From Ignavibacteriota bacterium (lineage in GTDB: Bacteria; Bacteroidota; Ignavibacteria; UBA10030; UBA6906), in contig JANNUB010000300.1 of assembly GCA_031394795.1 (NCBI GenBank), positions 1-43,100 of the forward strand: DNA of 43,100 bases. The letters are read 5' to 3'. Positions 33,577-43,051 of the stretch are shown in pieces. The position numbers were made by a program, and so were the translations under genes. The notes beneath the pieces are model-generated. The model had not been told where the DNA came from, made no database searches, and worked only from the letters and a program-made list of their open reading frames with translations. Numbering within the stretch: position 1 is the first letter of the stretch; the number at the start of each line of letters is the position of its first letter.

Positions 33577-35433
33577 TCACTGCGATTCAGCGACAACCTC
33601 AAAAATCCCGCCCGTCATGCCATCGAGCGGGATTTCTTTTTTGTCGCTCAGGTCGAATTCTTGTCCACTCAAAATTTCTCGTAGGCGGACGACGTTGTCG
33701 AGTTGATGTTCGAATCGCGAGAGGCTTACTGTTTGTTTCTCTTTGTTGCGGTTGATGATGACCATCGCCCGCTGGTTATTCAAAATGCGGAAGTAGACAT
33801 ACACTTCTTTTTCTGGTTTGAAGTGGACGAGCTTTCCCGTTTGCAATGGCTTGTATTGTTTACGAAGTACGAGGAGTCGTTTGGTGAAACTGAAAATGTC
33901 ATTCTCCTGCGCGATGCGTCCTTGTTCAGTGAATGCGTCTCGCTCATCGCTCTGCCATCCGCCGGGAAAATCGGCGCGCAATCGCCCGTGATCGCGTCCG
34001 CCCATCATCCCGATTTCTGTGCCGTACAAAATTTGCGGAATGCCTCGCGTCGTCAGCAACATCATCAGCGCAAGTTTGAACCGCTTCACGTCGCCTTTCA
34101 CATTGTACATAATGCGGCGGATGTCATGGTTGTCCAAATGCGTGACGAGGTTTGTCGGATCGGGAAAGAGAAAATCTTTCGTCAGACAATTGAACACTGC
34201 TTCAATCGAACCTGTTGAATCAACGAAGGCTTTCATGAACGCGTCGAACAATCCGAAGTCGGTGATGGTGGGAAGCTCCGGCTTGATGTTCTTGCGCAAC
34301 GCGCTGCCGCGTTGATGCGGCGCGAGATACGCAGGGTCCTGCACCCACACTTCGCCGACGATGTTGAAACGCGGATATTCATCCATGATTGTCTTAGACC
34401 ATCGCTCGCGAAATTCCGCGTTGATGTACGGATACGTGTCTTCGCGAATGCCGTCAATCCCGCTGAGCTCGATCCACCAAATCGTACTCTGAATAAGATG
34501 GTTGGCGACAAACGAATTCGATTGATTCAAGTCGGGCATGTAATCGCTGAACCAGCCGTTCGTTGCTCTCAATCTCGTGAGCGAATCGCTGTGTACATCG
34601 TCGATTTCAAATTTGGAGTGAAATGATTTTTGATGATTGTCGGGCGTGCCGTTCAACCAATCGGGCATAGGCAAATTCTTGGTCCACGGATGATTGATGC
34701 CGATGTGGTTGTTGACGTGATCCATAATGACTTTGAGATTCCGTTTGTGCGCCTCACGTACAAATGTTGCAAACAATTCATTGTTTCCGAAGCGCGCATC
34801 AATGTTGTAAAGATTTGTTGTCGCGTAACCGTGATAGCTTGCCGATGGTCCATTGTTCTCGACAACGGGCGTCAGCCACAACGCCGATACGCCAAGATCG
34901 TTGAGATAATCAAGCTTGTTGATGACACCTCGCAGATCGCCGCCGTGTCTGCCGTACGGTTCGTTGCGATTCAAACTGTCGAGCAATGCTTCGACGCTGT
35001 CGTTCGTCGTGTCGCCATTTGCGAAACGATCCGGCACGATGAGATAAATAACGTCGGACGGAGTGAAGCCTTGATGCTCATCGCGCAACGCGCGGCGTTT
35101 CAACAACGGAAAGAGGAACGACGTGCTTCCATTGCGGGAAGACACAGTGAATCGGAACTCGCCCGGCTGCGCTTGTCGCGCAATCTCAACATCAACGAAC
35201 AGATACGATGCATTCCTGAGCGAATGAGTCTTCAATACTTTGATAGATGCGGACGACAACGAGACTTTCACGTCTCTTAGGTTCTCGCCGTACACCATCA
35301 ATTGCACCGTGTTCAGTTTCATGCCTGTCCACCAATTTGGTGGCTCGATCTTTTCGACGCGGGGCGGGGGTTGAGCGAACGAGAAATGATCGAACAGAAT
35401 GGCGGAAATGAACAGGGTCTTGAGGAAATTCAT
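33577..35433 (-). CDS. GH13 alpha-amylase-family glycoside hydrolase (cyclomaltodextrinase/neopullulanase-like), secreted
   Basis: Signal MNFLKTLFISAILFDHFSFA. GH13 regions are DRFANGD, KVIMDHVNNH, GIDGIREDT, IVGEVW and HLDNHD. Confidence 0.9.
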   Translation of the reverse strand: MNFLKTLFISAILFDHFSFAQPPPRVEKIEPPNWWTGMKLNTVQLMVYGENLRDVKVSLSSASIKVLKTHSLRNASYLFVDVEIARQAQPGEFRFTVSSRNGSTSFLFPLLKRRALRDEHQGFTPSDVIYLIVPDRFANGDTTNDSVEALLDSLNRNEPYGRHGGDLRGVINKLDYLNDLGVSALWLTPVVENNGPSASYHGYATTNLYNIDARFGNNELFATFVREAHKRNLKVIMDHVNNHIGINHPWTKNLPMPDWLNGTPDNHQKSFHSKFEIDDVHSDSLTRLRATNGWFSDYMPDLNQSNSFVANHLIQSTIWWIELSGIDGIREDTYPYINAEFRERWSKTIMDEYPRFNIVGEVWVQDPAYLAPHQRGSALRKNIKPELPTITDFGLFDAFMKAFVDSTGSIEAVFNCLTKDFLFPDPTNLVTHLDNHDIRRIMYNVKGDVKRFKLALMMLLTTRGIPQILYGTEIGMMGGRDHGRLRADFPGGWQSDERDAFTEQGRIAQENDIFSFTKRLLVLRKQYKPLQTGKLVHFKPEKEVYVYFRILNNQRAMVIINRNKEKQTVSLSRFEHQLDNVVRLREILSGQEFDLSDKKEIPLDGMTGGIFEVVAESQ

Positions 35434-35554
35434 TTGTTCGAATTATTGAAGGGATGTGTGGGAAAAGTAGTCAATACATTTGCTTTCTGCAAGCATCGCC
35501 GGTTGACATTCAAAAAGATTTCTGTAACTTGATGCAACAAACATAGGAGTACAT

Positions 35555-36820
35555 TTGAGCCTCGCAGACCGCATGCAAGAAATCCGCACAGGATTCAACA
35601 AGACATTTTGGATTGCAAATACCATCGAGTTGTTCGAGCGCCTCGCATTCTACGGCTCGAAGGCTGTCCTTACGGTCTACCTCGCAACGAAAGTCGGGCT
35701 GACCGAAGAGGCAGGCTCGCTTGCAGGATTCTTCAGTCTTATTCTCTACTCGATGCCGGTTGTTGCAGGAGTATTCGTCGACCGGTACGGCTTCAGGAGG
35801 ACACTCGTCGCGTGCTTTGCATTTTTTACTGTCGGCTATTTCTTGATCGGTTTGGCGGGGCTTGAATATGGTCAGGGCATCGTCAACGCGATCGGCAAGA
35901 AACCGTACATGATCGGCGTGCTGCTGCTGACGGCAATCGGCGGCTCACTGATCAAGCCGTGTATTGTTGGAACCGTCGAAAAAACTTCGGCGCCTGCGGT
36001 GAAGTCGCTCGGCTTCTCCATCTACTATATGCTGGTGAATCTTGGCGGGGCGATCGGACCGATTCTCGCTCTGCAAGTGCGGAAGAATATCGGCATCGAG
36101 TACGTCCTGATTATGTCGGCGCTTACCTCCGCGCTCATGCTGCTCGGGACGCTGTTCTTCTTCCGCGAGCCGGAAAGCCACGACGGCAGCACAACACCGC
36201 AGTCATCGCTGAAGAACGTCTTTGCCAACATGCTGCTCGTTTTCACGAACGCACGCTTCATGATTTTTCTCGTCATCTTCTCCGGCTTCTGGATCATGTT
36301 CTGGCAGATTTTCTATCTCTTCCCGTTCTATGTCACCGAAGTACTGAAGTTCCCCGACTTCGAGCTGCTCGAAACGGTTGACGCGTGGACGATCATTCTC
36401 GTCAGCGTACCAATCACTGCTCTTGCCAAGAAGCTGAGTCCGATTATCGCGATGACTGTTGGATTCGTTGTGGCGAGCTTTTCCTGGCTGCTGCTGGTGT
36501 TCTCCCCGACGATTCCCGGAGCCATTGCCGCCATGGTGTTGTTCGCCCTCGGCGAAGCGACGCAAGCGCCGCGTTACTACGAGTACGTCGGCGCACTCGC
36601 ACCGAAGGAGCAAGTCGGTACGTTCATGGGCTTCGCGTTCATTCCCGTTGCTATCGGTTCATTTACCGCGGGAGTCCTCTCGGATTACCTGCGGCACAAC
36701 TACCTCGAAGCGACGATGAATCCTGCGATCATGTGGTATATTCTCGCGGGCGTCGGGTTCGCTTCGACGGCGCTGATGCTGGTGTATAATTTTACTCTTG
36801 CGAAGAAATCTGCTGCATAG
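35555..36820 (+). CDS. MFS transporter, POT/PTR2 (peptide:proton symporter)-like; TTG start, alternative ATG at 35573
   Basis: ELFERLAFYGSKAVLTVYL resembles the POT signature. There are about 12 predicted hydrophobic helices. Confidence 0.75.
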   Translation: MSLADRMQEIRTGFNKTFWIANTIELFERLAFYGSKAVLTVYLATKVGLTEEAGSLAGFFSLILYSMPVVAGVFVDRYGFRRTLVACFAFFTVGYFLIGLAGLEYGQGIVNAIGKKPYMIGVLLLTAIGGSLIKPCIVGTVEKTSAPAVKSLGFSIYYMLVNLGGAIGPILALQVRKNIGIEYVLIMSALTSALMLLGTLFFFREPESHDGSTTPQSSLKNVFANMLLVFTNARFMIFLVIFSGFWIMFWQIFYLFPFYVTEVLKFPDFELLETVDAWTIILVSVPITALAKKLSPIIAMTVGFVVASFSWLLLVFSPTIPGAIAAMVLFALGEATQAPRYYEYVGALAPKEQVGTFMGFAFIPVAIGSFTAGVLSDYLRHNYLEATMNPAIMWYILAGVGFASTALMLVYNFTLAKKSAA

Positions 36821-37522
36821 ATGAAGTTGACCGTAACCATATTTTTGTCCTTGATAATTCTGAACCCTTCGTTCGGACAGAAAGCATCAACGCTCTCCGG
36901 CGAACAAATTCTCGAAAACATCGAAGCGAACTACGCGGGCATTCAAGACTACACCGTCGCGCTCGATGTTGCCGTTGACCTCGAGCGATTGAAAGTGCCG
37001 AAAATGCAGGCGACAATGTTCTACAAAAAGCCGGATAAGATTCAATTCAAGTCGGAAGGATTCGCGCTGTTGCCTAAGGATGGCGTCGGCTTCACGCCGG
37101 GCAGTTTGAGTTCACGATTCGAGGTTCAGAATGTTGAAGAGAAAACAAATGCTGGACAATTCGTTCTGACGATGACATTGAAAAACGATAAGACAAAACT
37201 CCGCAAAGCGTTCGTCGTCGTCAATGCATCAAACTGGACGGTCGCTTCCATTACCACGCCGCAATTCGACGGTCGACAGATGAACGCCACATTCGACTAT
37301 CGTCGCGTCGAAGGGCATTGGCTTCCTGCCACACTCAACGTGACGTTTTCTTCCGATACGACGGAAACTGAACCCACCGACCCGTTCGGACAAATGCCGA
37401 GCGCAGTGCGCTCATCGCAAATTCCCCGCAAGGGTTCCATTTCAGTTCGATATTCTGAGTATCGTCTGAATATGGGATTGACCGATGAGGTGTTTGAACA
37501 ACAGGACTCGCCACAGAAATAG
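36821..37522 (+). CDS. LolA-like / outer-membrane lipoprotein-sorting-like secreted protein (putative)
   Basis: Signal MKLTVTIFLSLIILNPSFG. The N-terminal block ILENIEANYAGIQDYTV...(M)FYKKPDKIQF is typical of LolA-fold proteins. Its ATG abuts the transporter stop codon. Confidence 0.45.
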   Translation: MKLTVTIFLSLIILNPSFGQKASTLSGEQILENIEANYAGIQDYTVALDVAVDLERLKVPKMQATMFYKKPDKIQFKSEGFALLPKDGVGFTPGSLSSRFEVQNVEEKTNAGQFVLTMTLKNDKTKLRKAFVVVNASNWTVASITTPQFDGRQMNATFDYRRVEGHWLPATLNVTFSSDTTETEPTDPFGQMPSAVRSSQIPRKGSISVRYSEYRLNMGLTDEVFEQQDSPQK

Positions 37523-37555
37523 TTAGGCGAAAGACGGATAACTCAAGGAATCCGC

Positions 37556-37596
37556 AGGGGCACGATCCCGACTCGTCGGGATGCCCCTACTTTTTT
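37556..37596 (+). terminator. Rho-independent terminator after the LolA-like gene
   Basis: The stem is aggggc..atcccgac / gtcgggat gcccct, followed by acttttttg. Confidence 0.75.
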
Positions 37597-37604
37597 GTCG
37601 CCTA

Positions 37605-37633
37605 TTGACATTAGCCTTCCAGAAATCTATATT
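37605..37633 (+). promoter_or_regulatory. Sigma70-type promoter: TTGACA - 17 nt - TATATT
   Basis: The -35 at 37605-37610 matches consensus exactly. The -10 tatatt is at 37628-37633. It lies 27 nt upstream of the mntR-like ATG. Confidence 0.6.
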
Positions 37634-37647
37634 TAGGTAAGCCTAAA
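37632..37647 (+). promoter_or_regulatory. DtxR/IdeR/MntR-type operator overlapping the -10 element and the start site
   Basis: The palindrome is TTTAGG-taag-CCTAAA. Bases 37633-37646 (TTAGGTAAGCCTAA) match 13 of the first 14 positions of the classical DtxR box TTAGGTTAGCCTAACCTAA. Confidence 0.6.
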
Positions 37648-37659
37648 ATCAAATCGTGC

Positions 37660-38313
37660 ATGAAAAGCATATCCACCGAAGATTACCTCAAAGCCGCCTA
37701 CAAGCTCGAAGAGAAAGGCGTCAAAGTCAGCACCTCCGCCCTCGCCGCGCAGCTTGATGTTGCCGATGCTTCCATCACCGACATGATCAAGAAACTTTCG
37801 GAGAAGGGCTTGCTCAGGTATGAAAAATATCAAGGCGTTGAGTTGACGGCGAAAGGGAAGAAGATGGCACTCGGCATCTTGCGCCGCCACCGCTTGTGGG
37901 AGATGTTCCTTGTTGAATTCCTCGGCTACTCATGGGACAAAGTCCATGATGAAGCGGAGCGGCTCGAACATGTCACGTCGGAAGAGTTGGAACATCACCT
38001 CGACAAAGCGCTCGGCTTCCCAACAAGTGACCCGCACGGCGACCCGATTCCGACGAAGGACGGCACGGTTGCGGGGAAAGAAGACGCAAGCCTTTCCGAA
38101 TGCAACGTCGGCGATGTCGTAAAAATTTCGCGCGTCAGCGATGAGAGCTCAGAACTTCTCCAGCACGCGGCAGAAATTGGGTTGGGGTTGAACAGTAAGC
38201 TCATGGTCAAAGAGAAAAAGAGCTTTGACGGCTCGATGATCGTCAAAGTCGGGGCGAAGCAACAGTTCATCAGCAAGCAAGTTGCCGAAGCTATTTTTGT
38301 TCAAGAAATCTAA
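37660..38313 (+). CDS. mntR: DtxR-family metal-dependent transcriptional regulator (MntR/IdeR-like) with a C-terminal FeoA/SH3-like domain
   Basis: Motifs EDYLKAAYKL, RRHRLWEMFL, HDEAERLEH and DPHGDPIP. Confidence 0.88.
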   Translation: MKSISTEDYLKAAYKLEEKGVKVSTSALAAQLDVADASITDMIKKLSEKGLLRYEKYQGVELTAKGKKMALGILRRHRLWEMFLVEFLGYSWDKVHDEAERLEHVTSEELEHHLDKALGFPTSDPHGDPIPTKDGTVAGKEDASLSECNVGDVVKISRVSDESSELLQHAAEIGLGLNSKLMVKEKKSFDGSMIVKVGAKQQFISKQVAEAIFVQEI

Positions 38314-38327
38314 AACGAAAAATCACC

Positions 38328-40184
38328 ATGGAACGTTCAACAGTTTCACTTTCCGAAGTTCATCGCAGCGTAGCGATACCGAACAAGGTCGGATTCCTGA
38401 AACGCATGTTCGCGTTCGCAGGTCCCGCGTATCTCGTGAGCGTCGGTTACATGGATCCGGGCAACTGGGCGACCGACCTCGAAGGGGGCGCGCGGTTCGG
38501 GTATCAATTAGTGTGGGTGTTGGTGATGTCGAACCTCATGGCGATTCTTCTGCAAACGCTTTCCGCTCGCATGGGTATTGTCGCTGGACGCGACTTGGCG
38601 CAAGCATGTCGCGAAAGCTATCCGGCGCCGGTGGGCTATGTGCTCTGGGTTCTCTGCGAAGTTGCAATTGCCGCGTGCGACCTTGCGGAGGTGCTCGGCA
38701 CTGCTATCGGTCTGAATCTTCTCTTCAATATTCCCTTACTCTACGGCGTCATCATTACAGGCTTCGATACACTCCTCTTTCTTGTCATCCAGAATTTCGG
38801 GATTCGCAAGATGGAAGCATTCATCATCACGCTCATTGCGACAATCGGCGTTTGTTTCGGCATTGAGTTGTTTCTTGCGAAGCCGGACATCGTCCAGATC
38901 GCCTCGGGGCTTGCACCGCAGTTGAGTTCCGAAAGTCTCTATGTCGCAATCGGTATCCTCGGCGCGACCGTGATGCCGCATAATTTGTATTTGCACTCGG
39001 CGCTCGTGCAGACTCGGTCCGTCCAGCAATCCCTTGAAGGGAAAAAACTCGCGTGCAAGTACAACATGATTGACACGGCAGTAGCGCTGAACGCGGCGCT
39101 GTTCGTTAACGCGGCGATTCTCATTCTCGCCGCGGCGACATTCTTCAAAAACAACGTCGTCGTCAACGAACTGCAGCAAGCGCATGAACTTCTAACTCCG
39201 ATGCTCGGCACCACTCTTGCAAGTACCGCGTTTGCGGTCGCCCTGCTCTGCGCAGGACAAAGCTCAACGCTCACGGGCACGCTTGCGGGGCAAATCGTGA
39301 TGGAAGGTTTCCTCCAGTTCAAAATGCGTCCGTGGATGAGGCGCTTGATTACGCGTACCATCGCCATCATTCCCGCCGTTATCGTCATCGCGCTCAAAGG
39401 CGAGCAAGGCTCGTACGGCCTGCTGATCCTGAGCCAGGTGATCTTGAGCATGCAATTGCCGTTTGCCATTGTGCCGCTCATTCAATACACAAGCGACAAT
39501 GCAGCGATGGGCTCGTTTGCCAACAAGCTTTGGGTGAAGATTCTCGCATGGGCGGTTGCCGTTATCATCATCGGCTTGAATGCGCGCCTCGTTGTTGATG
39601 CGCTCTCCGGATGGATTGCGGAGTCGGAAAACCCGCTGTGGATCTGGCTGACCATTGTTCCGGTTGCTGTTGCGTGTACACTCCTGCTTCTCTATATCGC
39701 GCTGCCGAAGCGCTGGCGAAAGAGAAAAGAACTGCCTGCGAGGATTGCGCCGCCCGTTGAGTTCATCGCGCAGAAATACTCGCGCATCGGCGTTGCGCTC
39801 GACTATGGCGCGATGGATGCCAAGGTGCTTTCCTATGCAATCTCTGCCGCTCAACGGGACGAAGCGGCACTGTACCTCTTTCACATTGTTGAAGGGGTGA
39901 GCGGACAATTGTTCGGGGGCGAGGCGTACGATGACGAGGCGAGGCGAGACGAGGAGCAACTTGAAGAAGTTGCAGAGAAACTGCGCGCGCGAGGAATTGA
40001 AGTGTTTCCCTTGCTTGGCTTCGGCAATGTTCCTCACGAGATTGTAAGGCTCAGCACCGCGAACACTATAGACTTGCTGATCATGGGCGCGCACGGGCAC
40101 CGCGGTTTGAAGGATTTGCTTTTCGGAGCGTCGATTAGCGGAGTCCGCCATGCGCTTACCATTCCTGTGCTCGTTGTACAATAA
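38328..40184 (+). CDS. mntH: Nramp-family divalent metal:proton symporter fused to a C-terminal universal stress protein (USP) domain
   Basis: The Nramp signature is GPAYLVSVGYMDPGNWATDLEGG with about 11 TM helices. The last ~140 aa (from about nt 39771) read IGVALDYG....VL..A...A......LYLFHIVEG...DLLIMGAHGHRGLKDLLFGASISGVRH...PVLVV, which is USP-like. Confidence 0.9.
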   Translation: MERSTVSLSEVHRSVAIPNKVGFLKRMFAFAGPAYLVSVGYMDPGNWATDLEGGARFGYQLVWVLVMSNLMAILLQTLSARMGIVAGRDLAQACRESYPAPVGYVLWVLCEVAIAACDLAEVLGTAIGLNLLFNIPLLYGVIITGFDTLLFLVIQNFGIRKMEAFIITLIATIGVCFGIELFLAKPDIVQIASGLAPQLSSESLYVAIGILGATVMPHNLYLHSALVQTRSVQQSLEGKKLACKYNMIDTAVALNAALFVNAAILILAAATFFKNNVVVNELQQAHELLTPMLGTTLASTAFAVALLCAGQSSTLTGTLAGQIVMEGFLQFKMRPWMRRLITRTIAIIPAVIVIALKGEQGSYGLLILSQVILSMQLPFAIVPLIQYTSDNAAMGSFANKLWVKILAWAVAVIIIGLNARLVVDALSGWIAESENPLWIWLTIVPVAVACTLLLLYIALPKRWRKRKELPARIAPPVEFIAQKYSRIGVALDYGAMDAKVLSYAISAAQRDEAALYLFHIVEGVSGQLFGGEAYDDEARRDEEQLEEVAEKLRARGIEVFPLLGFGNVPHEIVRLSTANTIDLLIMGAHGHRGLKDLLFGASISGVRHALTIPVLVVQ

Positions 40185-40210
40185 AACACAATGGAGAGGA
40201 GAGTTAGTTA

Positions 40211-41434
40211 ATGAAAAAAGAAATACAAGCGCTTGTGATTCTGTTGGGCACAAGCTTGCTTCCGATCGGCTGCGATCAGCTGATGACAAAAGCACCGGAG
40301 CCGGAGCAAGCGTTCGATTCGCCCATTGATGGTTTGACGAACGAGCAGCGGGGGATTTTCGCGCGTGGCGACGGGGCATTCGGCGAAGTCTTTACGTTTC
40401 AAACGGGTCTTGGACCGCTGTTCAATCAAGCAGCATGCGAACGTTGTCACGTTGGCGACGGACGCGGTCACCCGCGGGTGAATCTCAAACGCTTCGGCAG
40501 AAACTTAGGCGGTGGGCAGTTCGATCCGCTGATCGAATTTGGCGGCGCCCAGCTTCAAGAGCGGAGCATGCCCGGCTATCCTGCGGAGACGATTCCCGCT
40601 CACGCGAACGCAATCTCTGAACGCGCCGGACCCATCGTCGTCGGGCTTGGGCTTATCGAAGCCATCCCCGATCAAACAATTCTCAGCCGCGCAGACCCAA
40701 CAGATGTAGACGGCGATGGAATTTCCGGTCGCCCAAATCTCATCGCAGCGCCGGAGTTCCTTGGGTTCTCTCCGGGACCCTACAACGGAAAATATCTCGG
40801 ACGCTTCGGACGCAAAGCGGGAGCGATCAATCTGCTCCAACAAACAGCGAACGCGTATCATCAGGACATGGGGATTACATCCGACTTCATCCCTACGGAA
40901 AACTTCAATCCACTCGCTGGAGGAGCCGGCGGCGATCCGGTTCCCGATCCGGAAGTTCCTGCTGCAACGGTGAATGATGTCGTCTTCTACCTTCAGACAC
41001 TTCGTCCTCCGATCAGACGGAACGAAAGCGATGCGACGGTTCAACGTGGAGAGCAGTTGTTCCGTTCCATCAAATGCTCGTCGTGTCACGTTCCGGCGAT
41101 GACGACGGGACCACATGCAATCGCGGCATTAAGTAGTCGTCCCGCGTACCTCTATTCAGATTTGCTCTTGCATGATATGGGACCAGACCTTGCAGATAAC
41201 TTTATTGAAGCAGAAGCGACGGGAACCGAGTGGCGGACAACACCGTTGTGGGGCTTGGGTATCGTGCAAAATGTTCTCGGCGGAACGCCATTCTACTTGC
41301 ACGATGGGCGCACATCCGATTTACGCGTGGTGATTGACGTGCACAAAGGCGAAGCCAATGGTTCGCGCCTCGCCTTTCAGCGGTTGACCGTGGAAGAACA
41401 AGAAGCCCTCATCACGTTTTTGAAATCACTGTGA
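40211..41434 (+). CDS. Di-heme c-type cytochrome, DUF1111 / putative thiol oxidoreductase-peroxidase family
   Basis: Signal/lipobox-like [21 protein letters not shown]. Two heme motifs, CERCH and CSSCH. GLGPLFN..AC..CH and WRT.PLWGLG are typical of DUF1111. Confidence 0.8.
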   Translation: MKKEIQALVILLGTSLLPIGCDQLMTKAPEPEQAFDSPIDGLTNEQRGIFARGDGAFGEVFTFQTGLGPLFNQAACERCHVGDGRGHPRVNLKRFGRNLGGGQFDPLIEFGGAQLQERSMPGYPAETIPAHANAISERAGPIVVGLGLIEAIPDQTILSRADPTDVDGDGISGRPNLIAAPEFLGFSPGPYNGKYLGRFGRKAGAINLLQQTANAYHQDMGITSDFIPTENFNPLAGGAGGDPVPDPEVPAATVNDVVFYLQTLRPPIRRNESDATVQRGEQLFRSIKCSSCHVPAMTTGPHAIAALSSRPAYLYSDLLLHDMGPDLADNFIEAEATGTEWRTTPLWGLGIVQNVLGGTPFYLHDGRTSDLRVVIDVHKGEANGSRLAFQRLTVEEQEALITFLKSL

Positions 41435-41871
41435 TGGACAGAAAAACGTTTTTGAAATCAGCAACGGTCGCGTTCGTCACAGCGAGTGTTGTCCCTTTGT
41501 CGTTATTGGCGGAAGGATGCACTGCTTCGGCTCCGACGCTTCACGTTTCGTTAGTCAATAAGAAAGCCGTTGTTTCGCTTGCACAACTTCCCGACCTCAT
41601 TCAGCCGAACAGTTATGCAAAGGTGTATGTGGAGCAGTACGCAAACCCGATTATTCTCTTCGCAGAAGTGAATGGCGAGCTTCGCGCAGTGCTTAGTACA
41701 TGCTCACATTCTGGTTGCGAAGTGAAGAAACGGCGGACGAAGTTTGAGTGTCCGTGTCACGGCTCGGAATACGACTTGCAGGGACAGGTGTTGAGAGGAC
41801 CCGCGCCCGATCCCCTTGAAACATTTCAGGTTCAAAAGTTAATAGATCGGATAGAAATTTCTGTGGGATGA
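41431..41871 (+). CDS. Rieske [2Fe-2S] domain protein, exported or membrane-anchored
   Basis: Rieske boxes CSHSGC and CPCHGSEY with GPAP. The ATG overlaps the upstream stop (ATGA). Confidence 0.88.
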   Translation: MMDRKTFLKSATVAFVTASVVPLSLLAEGCTASAPTLHVSLVNKKAVVSLAQLPDLIQPNSYAKVYVEQYANPIILFAEVNGELRAVLSTCSHSGCEVKKRRTKFECPCHGSEYDLQGQVLRGPAPDPLETFQVQKLIDRIEISVG

Positions 41872-41875
41872 AGTT

Positions 41876-43051
41876 ATGAAAACAACTTATCGCGTCCTTA
41901 TGCTCGCCGCATGGCTTGGTCTCATCGGCCAGCAGGCATTAGCTCAAGATACAACCGTTCATCCGCCACTCGTGAAAGGCGGAATTTATGATCGCCCGTA
42001 CATCTTCCGTCCCTCGTCGCGCATTGCCATCGGTGGATATGCGGAAACAATGATCCGCTCCGAATATGAACAGGGAGTCCATGAGAACATTTCGTTTGAA
42101 GCAAGGCGATTCAACATTTTCATTTTTTCTTCCATCTCTCCTTTGATCAAATTGACGTCGGAGCTGGAATTCGAACATGGCACGGAAGAGATCAAACTCG
42201 AGACGGCGCTCATTGATATTCAGTTTTACGAGGAGTTGAACCTGCGCGGCGGCATTCTCCTTTCTCCGCTCGGCAAATTCAATATCGCCCACGACAGTCC
42301 GCGCAATGAATTTACGGACAGGCCTCTTGTCTCGACGCAGATCATTCCCGCGACACTTTCGGAAGCCGGCATAGGCGTGTTCGGTTCGTTCTATCCGCAT
42401 CCCGACCACCGACTGACCTATGAGACGTATCTCGTGAACGGATTCAACGACGGCATCGTCCTTGGCGGCGATGGAACGTCTATTCCGAGCGGTCGTCCGT
42501 CCGCATTTGAAGAAGATAACAACGGAAGCCCGGCCTTCGTCGGCCGCGTCGCGTGGATGCCCGAGACGTTCGGTTTGGAGCTGGGACTGTCGGCACACAC
42601 GGGATTCTACAACTCGTACAAGAAAGAAGGACTCGTCGTTGATGAGAAACGACGCCTCACCATTTTCGCGGTCGACGCGGAATATCGGGTGGACGATTTG
42701 GTTGTGACGGGAGAGTATGCGAGGGCGCGCATCGGAATTCCGCGGTCTCTTGTCGGATTGTTCGCTGAAACGCAACAAGGCTTTTACGGACAGGCGGTGT
42801 ACAGCATTCTGAAAGGCGTGTTGCCGCTGTTCCCTCAATCAACTTTAGCTGTTGGCGCGCGCTACGACTACATTGATCGTGATTCGGGAATTCGTGGACA
42901 CGATATGCATCGCGTGACCGTGGGAGTCAACCTGCGGCTCGTGCCCGACACCGTGATCAAGCTCGATTACCAGCATACATGGGAGTTCGACAGACTGACG
43001 AACGAAACACGCTCGGCAGTAATTCAATTCGGTGTGGCAACGTATTTCTAA
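41876..43051 (+). CDS. Porin-like outer-membrane beta-barrel protein of unknown specificity
   Basis: Signal MKTTYRVLMLAAWLGLIGQQALA, alternating amphipathic strands, and a C-terminal ...FGVATYF. It starts 4 nt after the Rieske stop. Confidence 0.65.
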   Translation: MKTTYRVLMLAAWLGLIGQQALAQDTTVHPPLVKGGIYDRPYIFRPSSRIAIGGYAETMIRSEYEQGVHENISFEARRFNIFIFSSISPLIKLTSELEFEHGTEEIKLETALIDIQFYEELNLRGGILLSPLGKFNIAHDSPRNEFTDRPLVSTQIIPATLSEAGIGVFGSFYPHPDHRLTYETYLVNGFNDGIVLGGDGTSIPSGRPSAFEEDNNGSPAFVGRVAWMPETFGLELGLSAHTGFYNSYKKEGLVVDEKRRLTIFAVDAEYRVDDLVVTGEYARARIGIPRSLVGLFAETQQGFYGQAVYSILKGVLPLFPQSTLAVGARYDYIDRDSGIRGHDMHRVTVGVNLRLVPDTVIKLDYQHTWEFDRLTNETRSAVIQFGVATYF

